A stretch of 60,632 nucleotides of DNA, from positions 1 to 60,632 of IMG/VR virus record IMGVR_UViG_3300017917_002028; one strand, written 5' to 3'. The position numbers and the translations under genes were made by a program. The stretch comes from a virus. Shown piece by piece: positions 53,101 to 58,043 of this stretch. Position 1 is the stretch's first letter, and every line of letters begins with the position of its first letter. The notes below the pieces were generated by a model. The model was not told where the DNA came from. It ran no database searches and worked only from the letters and a program-made list of their open reading frames with translations.

Positions 53101-55016
53101 TGGGCAATGGTGTCGGCCACCTGCTTGAGATAGTCGGCGCCCGTGGCCTGCGGGTTGAGGCCGACCGGGGCGAACTTGTCGGTACCGAACTGGCCGGTGG
53201 TGGTCAGCAATTCGCCCGGCACTTCCTTCTTGAGTGCGGACCACAGGAATCCGACGATCTGGTCACTGGGCATGCCGCGGGCGGCCGCCTTGATCGCGGC
53301 CATCTGCTCGCGCAGGCCGAACTTCTCGCCCAGCACCTCGAAGGCTGCAAAGATCGATGCGCGAGTGGCCGCGTCCTGGGCGGACTGACCGGCCGCGCGG
53401 CCGTCGCTGTACTCCTGCCCGAACGACTGCACGGCCATGCCGGCCAGCGGAATGGCCTGCGTGCCGGCCTTGACGCCACCAATCAACAGGGGCAACTGCT
53501 GGCCGATGCTGCTGATCGCGCCCTCGAAATTGCGCTCCAGGAACGTGCCCGACTCGCCAATCGCCTGCTCTTTGCCGCGGGTCCAATCACCGCCCGCCTT
53601 GGCCGCGGCAGCCGCGCCCTCCAGCCCGTAGACCTCGGACAAGAACTGGCCGTAGCCAGACACCGCCTTGCCGATGCCAAGCCCCGCCTTGGCCACGCCA
53701 CGGACCACCGGGTTGTTGAGGCCATTGGGCCCGCCCGCCTGGTCAAACAGGGCTTTGGTGTCGAAGTCGAACGTGCTGCCCTGCGCCACACCGCGGCGCT
53801 GCATGAACTCGATCTCGCGGCCCGGTACCACACCGGCCGCTGCGGCCTCACGCGCTGCACGCTCGGCAAACGCCGGATCTTCGCCAGCGGCCACCAGGCG
53901 CTGCACGCGGGCCTCGATGCGGGGATCGAGCTTGGCCGTGGTGGGCGTGGCCACCTGATCGGCCTGCTCGAACACACCGGACCGCTCGCGGGCCAGCATG
54001 CCCACCCAGCCCGATTGCTCGGCCATGGCCTTGCGCTGATCGGGCGTTGCGGCGTCCCACTGCGCATTGAAGGCGGCCCGCACCTCGGGGCGCACCGGCA
54101 CCTTGCTGGCCGTGGGCAGTTCGCCCGGGGCCGGGGCGTTCTCCAGCACCGATGCCGGCTTCTTGTCGCCCGGTCGGATGCCTGCCTTGGGGTAGATGCC
54201 AAACGCAGCTTTTTCGGCCTCGGGCGGGATTGGCGCCACCTGGTCGTCGGACTTGAGCGGCATCTGCAGGAACTGCTGGCGCAGGCCCTGGCCTTCGGCG
54301 CCCGCGTGCGGCGCGATCCAGTAGTCGAAGTACGCGGCCTTGGCCTTGAACTTGTCGTCGGCTGAGAGCTTGCGGAATTCGGGATTGGCCTCGATGTCGT
54401 CCCACTTGGGCGCCTTGCCCAGATCCGGCAGGGTGGCGGCCTGCGCCGACGGCACGACGTTGCCCACTCGCTTGAGCACGTCGGCCACGTAGCCGGAAAC
54501 GCGCTTGCCGTTGCCGTCGGCGCGGTCGTTGCGCCACGCACTGCCCTGCCCCGGGTTGACGTTGCCTTCGCCCGAGAAGTAGCCCGCGGCGATCCTGGCG
54601 GGGTCGTTGCCGAACTTGCCGGCCAGATCCTTGATGATGCGCACCCCGACGCGCATGTTGTCCTCGGGGCTGTCGATGCGCTCGCCGGCGCGGGCGTAGC
54701 GGCGGAAGGTGTCGGGCATGATCTGCATGCCGCCACGTGCGCCGTCGGTGCTGGTGCGGGCGTTTGTGCCGCCGCTGGACTCCTGGCCGTAGATGGCGCC
54801 GATCACCGGCAGCAGACTTTCGGCGCCCTCTTGGGCGGCGATGCTGCGGATCACGTCCTGGCTGACGGGCTGCGTTTTCTGCGCGGCTGGCGCCGGCTTA
54901 GGCTGATCGAGAAAACCGGAGAGGTCTTGCCCGCCCGTGGCCGGTTGGGGGGAACCCCCAGAACCTGTGTTGTTGTTGCTCGAAAAAAAGTCAGACAGGT
55001 TCTGGTTGAGTTCCAT
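41082..55016 (-). CDS. Giant (4,644 aa) virion-associated polyvalent protein: lytic transglycosylase, linker/LPD-type modules, DarB-like N6-adenine methyltransferase plus SF2 helicase, HExxH module, hydrophobic C-terminal region
   Basis: A single open frame with an ATG start. Motifs were read in the translation (see the sub-features). It is the last gene of the virion module, after the internal virion proteins. Confidence 0.85.
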   Translation of the reverse strand: MELNQNLSDFFSSNNNTGSGGSPQPATGGQDLSGFLDQPKPAPAAQKTQPVSQDVIRSIAAQEGAESLLPVIGAIYGQESSGGTNARTSTDGARGGMQIMPDTFRRYARAGERIDSPEDNMRVGVRIIKDLAGKFGNDPARIAAGYFSGEGNVNPGQGSAWRNDRADGNGKRVSGYVADVLKRVGNVVPSAQAATLPDLGKAPKWDDIEANPEFRKLSADDKFKAKAAYFDYWIAPHAGAEGQGLRQQFLQMPLKSDDQVAPIPPEAEKAAFGIYPKAGIRPGDKKPASVLENAPAPGELPTASKVPVRPEVRAAFNAQWDAATPDQRKAMAEQSGWVGMLARERSGVFEQADQVATPTTAKLDPRIEARVQRLVAAGEDPAFAERAAREAAAAGVVPGREIEFMQRRGVAQGSTFDFDTKALFDQAGGPNGLNNPVVRGVAKAGLGIGKAVSGYGQFLSEVYGLEGAAAAAKAGGDWTRGKEQAIGESGTFLERNFEGAISSIGQQLPLLIGGVKAGTQAIPLAGMAVQSFGQEYSDGRAAGQSAQDAATRASIFAAFEVLGEKFGLREQMAAIKAAARGMPSDQIVGFLWSALKKEVPGELLTTTGQFGTDKFAPVGLNPQATGADYLKQVADTIAQTIMQSGVMAGGTTGVSKVVRFMREDGKTTTDADAEYARQQALNKWNTQGLAPRSGPTMAPDAAPVSANVTPDGRIEPTFDAGALPVEPAEQAGAPAINPPASPLVETADNIVRELAEQAGIPEATVLPTPAATPPGVEDVSDQDVLDFAATRYQQLREKRDGSIQTVVGETGIVDQDVPGVGLSPAEQQELAGLERAQNDPQVLRALYGFGAASIPSDQSQFQNQAQVPAPAAGPVEQPEAGQTFPAATEPGLVAAQENQDVQTQALNEGTGPALDQGAVVGDGLASGPAAQQEPAGQAPAAQVGTEAGQRLEGLPAEDALIDDEARLDREAIQNTAPVVEQADDSDIPFDEAPAKPRTEKEARQQKEAKNGTQAPQAQQAEAQGQEAPAANADAVKARYEQIERQKAANREALKNFKKGDQVEYTAPGTYTMPDGSKREGRVVRGTIDKIMDADMGLVTVGNATVGASMLRKVEAAPKPKTEKEAKAKRATPKNTAEIDTSEKRVEETGKSEQVEPMAQGAEAAKAGQPRTPPAGLTDKAAFEWMQGYDGQAGTTAPADQPATDTSKFAGNKLFTEDKVAAARARLRSKLGNMNSGIDPEVLVDGVTLAGAYIEAGVRKYSDYAKAMVEDFGDKIRPYLRSFYEGVRHYPGLDTAGMSTPAEIDLMETQGTAEHMKPAPGTEQAIGQVEKPQRKKEKPAGALTLRDDYGVSSIDGYDSRDERPSGPVKTQFLNDTRKYLQDVAKTLQARGFEPATNRAGKPMKPVNVNESGVATSGDVSLAMFHPDMQRGIYITIGGTSLRGPVPTTTSGVSVMMRVTKAGDPYGGSQNRWMPVNLASTELADLAAQAVEQEATRAAQSSIAQPAAKAENLETPKEAQDGNPQRRDGSTAEGSNAGTEQGGPAAAGDQRTAVDLAGGESEQVQATDRGQQAPADAQEPQAATGAGERVSDRPADAARQPDGKAADGRTAADTVATNFTITDELNFAGQGAKTKYANNIAAIRLLKSLESEGRQATAAEQAVLAKYIGWGGMPQAFDPKNKQWSKEYAELKELLTADEYATAASSTRNAHYTAKPVVEAIWAGLARIGFKNGAVLEPSLGSGNFFGLMPVGARGKSRLFGVEFDHITGGIAKQLYPQAKVNAPIGFQDIKLAPESFDVATGNPPFGDESLYDPSNPEISKFKIHGFFFAKSVETLKPGGVLAMVVSKGLMDANDARGKAARAWLAERTRLLGAIRLPNNAFQENANTEVTTDIIFLQKLTDGVEANTAEWNGMADLTDRESGQPIPVNKYFVANPDMMLGEMTLAGSMYRANEPTLSAREGDNLPDLMAKAIEKLPEGVFQTGKSTFIEAGEKANKVSTADNVREYGYFLQDGKLYQRMPDFNGERQSVPVAREGKELERMVGMIGLRDLVRQQLALEKSATSKDADIEANRAALNKAYDAFVKKYGYLNGQTNKRLFADDSDAALVLSLEAKFDKGVTEAVAKSTGQKPRQPKASKATIFTKRVQTPVAQVTKAGTAKEAMLASLNERGRIDMGYMSGLLGDRNGNKPHDTIVAELGDLVFEDPASGWVPADLYLSGNVKAALTQARAAAEKDARFQRNVAALMKVQPADINPSDIFVKIGSPWVPLSDYAAFVKETFGGKMSGAFLPATGNWSVDVGAGTPTETNTTFGTERMGAHRIIETLMSNKQVAVYDEIRLPDGNTQRVLNAEETAAAQGKADALAEAFQDWIWKDNDRRERLARSYNDTYNTNVPRKYDGSHLTLPGMNTAIQLRPHQLNWVYRSLVEGKGLADHVVGAGKTYAIIAAMMEMRRLGLANKPMIVVPNHLVGQWAKDILALYPGANVLAASRKDFQKDRRKLLFSRIATGDWDMVVVAHSSFGRIPVPAETEQKILDDQLAELTLAIQQAKADKGARFTVKDLERAKTRIEEKLKKLADRSQDDALDFADLGVDALAVDEAHEFKNLFYTTTLQGVAGLGSPQGSTRAFDMFVKTRYVSERAGGKNVFFATGTPLANSIAEVFHMQRFLQYETLKARGIHNFDAWANTFGQSTSDWEMNAAGKFVQKTRFRKFANLPELKGIWGEIADTVSRADLMRDAEAQGKRFPLPKVKGGRPENVVTERSPLQAEFIGIPQQEMDADGKPKLDENGQPVITFKSGTIVYRLENWKVASKTNPKEIPLAITGQARKAGLDYRLIDENAPDFEGSKINAAVSRIFDTWKANDERKGTQLVFCDLSVPASAKGQATADAAAKVPTFFLRVNGGETLLHVAGVPLNLQAAPDFQFFTHKTGKVYQVIERTSGLTVAEGRTKAEAVDAANAKMAKTDLTTFGERVQGRAIASEAIDDYIARWEEQQAQADDTGSDEDSAEGAKEISLDEMLADGGGNFSVYDDIKAKLIAKGMPAEQIAFIHDYNTDEKKAALFAAVNAGEVRVLLGSTQKMGAGTNVQSKLVALHHMDAPWRPADLEQREGRIIRQGNEFYEADPEGFEVAIYRYATKQTYDSRMWEIIETKARAIEQFKTDATLREVEDVSSESANAAEMKAGASGNPLILEEISMRTDLRKLQAMKKSWERSRFDLEKKIKDAENKTGWVYSSAKMADEFAGQVQPKNKDKLGLKVFGLTIDGEKGVNTEELASKMVANADTSEGKKVGSYRGIDLYLRRDSVGVTFFTLHRDHLVSSTTYGQNDKFSVSGFITRMDNLADNAAKWKERTADAVVQFEKDAENAKKELARGFPKEEELRSLNERHKAVVAALRAGKTSLDGEAPGPKIMDIARAPASAFAGVPEPVRVNARQKLNKLEQRLDDGKITEAEYVLAVREITASLNNQRDEREYRRVVAGRRRGAEWIVAQMRRGVADNTVTREAADFAQWLLDQNPDVADGLGISIRSEGERGQAAEYMPLPRIMKLIAGKANVGSAVHEILHHTERMMPKEVQDGVLQAWQRAWDAAYKAATPEVQELMRDMLKASMTGDQKASDRVRDAFGSGTLTYDKHYQLYSPSEFWAVNATRILSGRFQARGSWVSRAVQWFKEFIERVKGVLGLRSDAPVLKALREVMRTDGAMQSEKMLVERSGSSNGAPTFNDITRRAQNNLIQFFGNRDKSLKTFGAYDKTLSTQFNKALKDKHFGKVFGYVNAMQNEVSLTSIRPAELAPGVLPRVDDVKSALATMVKGKKADKNLEHAAQAIFDGTLAGDSVMQGRVWTMAEFMARPGATEQSWALYQQARNAIDASLDELAAAEAYAMAQGFVPKAMRRTIIDNPRQAQALITGEIKKQIKMLDRAIKAAAGMGADQQQAELEAARESYKRTLRQIEKIFVTGKNLKAAGYAPLMRFGKFTVTVQAIDPTTGNVARDENGDSITLFYGQYETEGEAKAVRAEKAALYADRDDVRVKAGTKSQTSHEMYAGISPETLALFAEAIGADTAMRKYIELAMTERSALKRRLERKGTEGFSQDLPRVLSNFITSNGRFAAQRYYLRDLNNAIKYIPKEKGDVLDEAIRLKKFVMNPSDDGAQISSTMFAWFLGGSVAAAVVNLTQPVMMTAPYLSQFGIPVATKAITQALPYAMGRKQITDDELRTALKRAAQEGIVDAQEIFHLYSVGAQGVASNLVNTLAKIPGAGKAIKAGSEDARARVSAFLTLWGSMFALAEGFNRRLTFIAAWEVAQANGERNPYAFAVRAVNETQGIYNKVNRPNWAQNTVGRAILTFKQFSLMYLELLSRMWKRGGPEGKRAALTMLAVLMLASGAEGLPFAQDLDDLIDTVGQMFGLDTNMRRNKRRLAHEILGKTMGDLFLYGVSSKLPLDFSGRLGLGNLIPGTGLLKPSNEQGRGREVAEIFGPTAGMASQIGDAYDAAVEGNAGKALQNLAPKAVKDVLAAVEMTKKGYATDAKGRKVVDVDGTDIAVKSIGFNPTKVAQETRKTMPVQQDIGLQKRTESSIVDQWVRGIVDSDPALVTEAQQRLETWNKRNPDTPIVIKPNQIRDKARQMGIDKDGRLLKQAPREMRGRLGLDLAD
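44343..44357 (-). other. HExxH (HEILH) zincin-type motif in the giant protein
   Basis: ...GSAVHEILHHTERMMPKEV... No further metallopeptidase signature was verified. Confidence 0.45.
45650..47820 (-). other. SF2 (SNF2/DarB-like) helicase module of the giant protein
   Basis: VGAGKTY (about 47701-47725), DEAHEFKN (about 47212-47236) and QREGRIIRQGN (about 45678-45712). Confidence 0.8.
49050..50100 (-). other. N6-adenine DNA methyltransferase module of the giant protein
   Basis: NFTITDE...AIRLLKSLE...YIGWGG, motif I EPSLGSGNFF (about 49786-49815), motif IV NPPFG (49602-49616). Confidence 0.8.
50177..50461 (-). CDS. Candidate overprinted 94-aa gene in the +1 frame of the giant gene
   Basis: ATG 50459-50461 lies 6 nt after AAGGAAG (50468-50474). 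Stop is TAG 50177-50179. Hand-counted GC3 is 84% here, against 32% for the long frame over the same codons. The product is non-repetitive and Leu/Lys/Gln-rich (MATHSDVMAALPKDQMQALSKAGLPLLVTNELLSIWLEG...). Confidence 0.55.
   Translation of the reverse strand: MATHSDVMAALPKDQMQALSKAGLPLLVTNELLSIWLEGSPSKFKQLTADNKLLPMLKNLKPQLVQANEYRIDPQMQHVSLTEKLQMAELPLTL
52136..52318 (-). CDS. Second candidate +1-frame ORF (60 aa, Lys/Pro/Gln/Ser-rich) inside the giant gene
   Basis: ATG 52316-52318 follows AGGAGAA. GC3 is about 92%, against about 48% for the long frame. The product is low-complexity, so this may be a compositional shadow. Confidence 0.3.
   Translation of the reverse strand: MFKRKHSTKELGLHSIKVPSSAMGSQAGQPPSKNPQGKPQPPKSVPKQANDSKGYQPKMR
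54447..54854 (-). other. SLT-type lytic transglycosylase domain of the giant protein
   Basis: IGAIYGQESSGG (catalytic Glu-Ser), GGMQIMPDTF and AAGYFSGEG. Confidence 0.8.
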
Positions 55017-55025
55017 GAGGCGCCT

Positions 55026-56144
55026 TTATTGAGAAGGGATGCCGAGTAGGGATCGGATTTGAGGATTCACTGTACCGGCCGCGGTGGAATTTGACGGCGT
55101 GTTGTTGAGGCCCGGCTGCTGCGCACGCTGGGCCCGGTCGTACAGGGCGCCGAAGTCGGCCATGTCCTGATCGGTGGGCTTCTTGCCCATGGCGATCGAG
55201 TCCTGGGCGCTCTTGAGGATGAACTGCTCACGGCTCATGGTCTTGGCCGAATTGAGGTGCGCCAGCGCCTGCTGCTGGGTCATGCCGTGGGTCGTCGTGA
55301 GGTAGTTCACGTCACGCTCCAGCGGACCCATCTTGTTGGCCTGACTCTTGGCCGACTCGGGCGCGGTGTAGACCGGCGTGGCCTTGCCGTCTTTGAGGGC
55401 CACCAGCGAATCACCGGCGTTGACGGTTTTGTATTCGGTCTTGCCGAAGGAGTCACGGATGCGCTGCATCTGGCCGGCGCTGATCTGCATGACCGGCTGG
55501 CCGTTGGCATCCTGAGCGACAAACACTTTCTCGCCGTTCTGCTCGGTGATGCCCACAGCGGCCACCCTCGGACGGGCGGCACCGCTCGCTTCATTGAGGC
55601 CATTGATGAAGGCGATCACCTGGTTGCTGTCGCCGATCTTGATGAGGTCGGCCAGTTTGGCAATACCGGCCGTTGCCGCGTCTGCTTCACTGAACACGCC
55701 CGCACGGCGCTTTTCGGCGATGACCCGGGGCAAGTCGGTCACTTGAAACTCGGAAAGCGTTTTCCCGATTTCGGCATTGTTGATGGCGGTTGCGCGTTCT
55801 GCGTCCTTGGTGAGCCCCCGGGTCGTGGCGTCTGCGCCACGGTTGGCCAACTCCTGCCGCGTCACGCCGGTCTGCTGGTCAACCAGGCTCAGGCCGGCCT
55901 CGTTCTGCTTGGCACGCAACTGGTTTCCGCTTCGATCGGCCGCGGCTTTGTCGGGTGCATCTTCGAGCCCCAGCCGGTTCTCGGTGCTGCGCAAGCGGTA
56001 ACCGCTGCGCTCGGCCTCCATCCTGTCGGGCAGGTTGGACAGTTCAGCATCGCGCAGTGCCTGCTGGTAATTGCGCACCTGGCGACGGTCGCCCTCGCGG
56101 AAGTATTCGTCTGCTGCGATGAGCCCGAGTCCGATGCTGTTCAT
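55026..56144 (-). CDS. Internal virion (ejection-type) protein
   Basis: 372 aa, RBS GAGGA, directly upstream of the giant gene. Helical and Ala/Gln/Arg-rich. Confidence 0.6.
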   Translation of the reverse strand: MNSIGLGLIAADEYFREGDRRQVRNYQQALRDAELSNLPDRMEAERSGYRLRSTENRLGLEDAPDKAAADRSGNQLRAKQNEAGLSLVDQQTGVTRQELANRGADATTRGLTKDAERATAINNAEIGKTLSEFQVTDLPRVIAEKRRAGVFSEADAATAGIAKLADLIKIGDSNQVIAFINGLNEASGAARPRVAAVGITEQNGEKVFVAQDANGQPVMQISAGQMQRIRDSFGKTEYKTVNAGDSLVALKDGKATPVYTAPESAKSQANKMGPLERDVNYLTTTHGMTQQQALAHLNSAKTMSREQFILKSAQDSIAMGKKPTDQDMADFGALYDRAQRAQQPGLNNTPSNSTAAGTVNPQIRSLLGIPSQ

Positions 56145-56153
56145 GGTGGATCC

Positions 56154-56876
56154 TCAAATGAACTGGCCGATGTCCTGATTGCCGTATTCGTTGCCGGTGC
56201 CAAAGCCGCCGTTGTTCTGCAGGTTCATGGCAGTGCCGGCCTTCACGCCGACGTTGCCCAGCCAGTTGCTCACCGTGGGGCTGCTGAACACGCGATCTGC
56301 CACTCGTCCAATCGCGCCCGAGGTCCGCATCGACTGATCGAGGTTCGAGTCCGCCAAGCTAAGATTGCTGCGGCCCGACGTGGCCAGCATGCTCGAAGCG
56401 GAGGCCGGCAGGCCTTTGCCCAGACTCAGGGCGTCCGTCTTGCGGGCATACGCCGTGTCGCGCACCTTCTGGCGGGCCGCGTTCTGCTGAGTGGCATCGG
56501 TAGCGGCCTGCGCCAGTTCGAGCCCCATCAGGTTGGCCGAATACCCGGGCGTGGACGGATCGAGCCCGGGCGTGCGTGCGAGCCGGTCGCGGGCCTTGCT
56601 GAACTGGCTTGATACCGTGGCCGATGCGTCACCGGCTGCGCGGGCAAAGTTCTCGGGGCTGTCGTAGTTCTGGGCCTCGCTGACCAGCCCCTTCTCCAAC
56701 GGCTCGTAGATCTCTTTGTATCGGTTCCACTGGTCCGATGCGATCTCGGCCTGCATGGATGCAGCATCTGCCGCTGCGTTGTTGGCACGCTCGGCCGCCT
56801 TGTTTGCTTTTCGGTTCACCACGGAACCGACGACGGCGGTCGCCGCCGCTCCAGCAAGTGCGCTCGCGATGAACAT
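56154..56876 (-). CDS. Internal virion protein with an N-terminal hydrophobic segment
   Basis: 240 aa. N-terminus MFIASALAGAAATAVVGSVV... Confidence 0.6.
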   Translation of the reverse strand: MFIASALAGAAATAVVGSVVNRKANKAAERANNAAADAASMQAEIASDQWNRYKEIYEPLEKGLVSEAQNYDSPENFARAAGDASATVSSQFSKARDRLARTPGLDPSTPGYSANLMGLELAQAATDATQQNAARQKVRDTAYARKTDALSLGKGLPASASSMLATSGRSNLSLADSNLDQSMRTSGAIGRVADRVFSSPTVSNWLGNVGVKAGTAMNLQNNGGFGTGNEYGNQDIGQFI

Positions 56877-56877
56877 T

Positions 56878-57447
56878 TCAGTTCCCCTTCAATTCCAATG
56901 CCGGTTCGTCGGCCATGAGTTTTTCGGCCAGCTTCATCAGGTCGCTCTGCAGGCCCTGGTGAAAGAGTTGGTGCGTCTCGCTTTTGATGACCAGCGCGTC
57001 CTCGACTTCCTCGGGCGTGGTCACGGTGGTGGCGTGCACGTTGGCCATGATGCTGTCCTCGTGCGCATAGATCAGCTTGCGCACCCCGGGCGGGCTCTTG
57101 AACACGCAGGGCCCGGTGGCCTCCGACACGACGCCATCGGTGATGACGGTCACCCGGCCCGAGAACAGGATGTTCAGGTGCTCGGTCTTGTGCCGGTGCC
57201 CGATCAGGAACGTGCCCTTGAGGATCTTGCCCTGGCGCATGTAGAGCCCTTCGGCGAACACGTGCTCGATGGGCACTTCGGCCTGCTCGCACTGGAGCAT
57301 CACGGCTTCCAAAAGCTCCAGCTTCCGTGCCGGTGCGAGGCCTTCGGCGGTCGCGGCTGCACCGGACGCTGCAAGCGGGTCCGCAATCAGGCGTTCGACG
57401 GCAATGCTGGGGGCGATCATTGAGGCATTTTCGCCGTCGGCCCTCAA
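56878..57447 (-). CDS. Cupin-like (double-stranded beta-helix) protein in the virion module
   Basis: ...IEHVFAEGLYMRQGKILKGTFLIGHRHKTEHLNILFSGRVTVITDG... TTG start; an alternative ATG lies at 57420. Confidence 0.5.
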   Translation of the reverse strand: MRADGENASMIAPSIAVERLIADPLAASGAAATAEGLAPARKLELLEAVMLQCEQAEVPIEHVFAEGLYMRQGKILKGTFLIGHRHKTEHLNILFSGRVTVITDGVVSEATGPCVFKSPPGVRKLIYAHEDSIMANVHATTVTTPEEVEDALVIKSETHQLFHQGLQSDLMKLAEKLMADEPALELKGN

Positions 57448-57455
57448 TTTGACCC

Positions 57456-58043
57456 CTACCAGGCGACGGCCTCGACCTCGGCGGCCGTGCTGGCGGCGTC
57501 AATCTGCTGGCGCAGGCCGCGGGCCTTCACGTGCTGGGCGTTGACGTGTTGGCCGAGGGCCACCCCGACCGCCTGCATTTCGGCGCCGTTGAGCGTGCGC
57601 ACGGTGTTGTCGGCCAGCGTCCAGTCGATGAGGAATCCGGGCGTAATGCCGGCCAGTTGGGAGGCGCCGATGATGCGCTGCTGACTCAGGGCATCGCTGT
57701 CAAAGGGCGAGCCGTCCCAGGTGAACCCGCCAAACTCGGCTTGCGACCGTGCCGCCTTGATCTTTTCCCACTGGTCGGCCTTGATCTGATCGAGTGCCCG
57801 CGCGTCGTACCACTGGTACGTCGCGTTGTCCCAGCCCCACCCGGGGTACGGCGGGAAAAGCGGTTGCCCGGTGTCGATCACCTGGCCGTCGGCATAGCGA
57901 AACACGGTGTCCGTACCAGACGGGGCGTCAATGCCTGGGATGACTGTTTCACCAGGCAGTTTGGCGATCTGCTCAACATCGTCGGTGGCGGACTCGCCGT
58001 AACCAGTGACGATGTTGTGCTGATTGATCTTGATGTATTTCAT
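57456..58043 (-). CDS. DUF4376-type tail-fibre accessory protein
   Basis: ...QWEKIKAARSQAEFGGFTWDGSPFDSDALSQQRIIGA...WTLADNTVRTLNGAEMQAV...IDAASTAAEVEAVAW. Confidence 0.6.
   Translation of the reverse strand: MKYIKINQHNIVTGYGESATDDVEQIAKLPGETVIPGIDAPSGTDTVFRYADGQVIDTGQPLFPPYPGWGWDNATYQWYDARALDQIKADQWEKIKAARSQAEFGGFTWDGSPFDSDALSQQRIIGASQLAGITPGFLIDWTLADNTVRTLNGAEMQAVGVALGQHVNAQHVKARGLRQQIDAASTAAEVEAVAW

Noticed and set aside
44868-54365. Plus-strand ORFs of 677-961 aa antisense to the giant gene (44868..47753, 47775..49808, 52170..54365).
   Set aside because: They are Arg/Gly/Ala/His/Leu-rich antisense shadows typical of high-GC coding DNA. They have no motifs, and the sense strand carries clear catalytic motifs.
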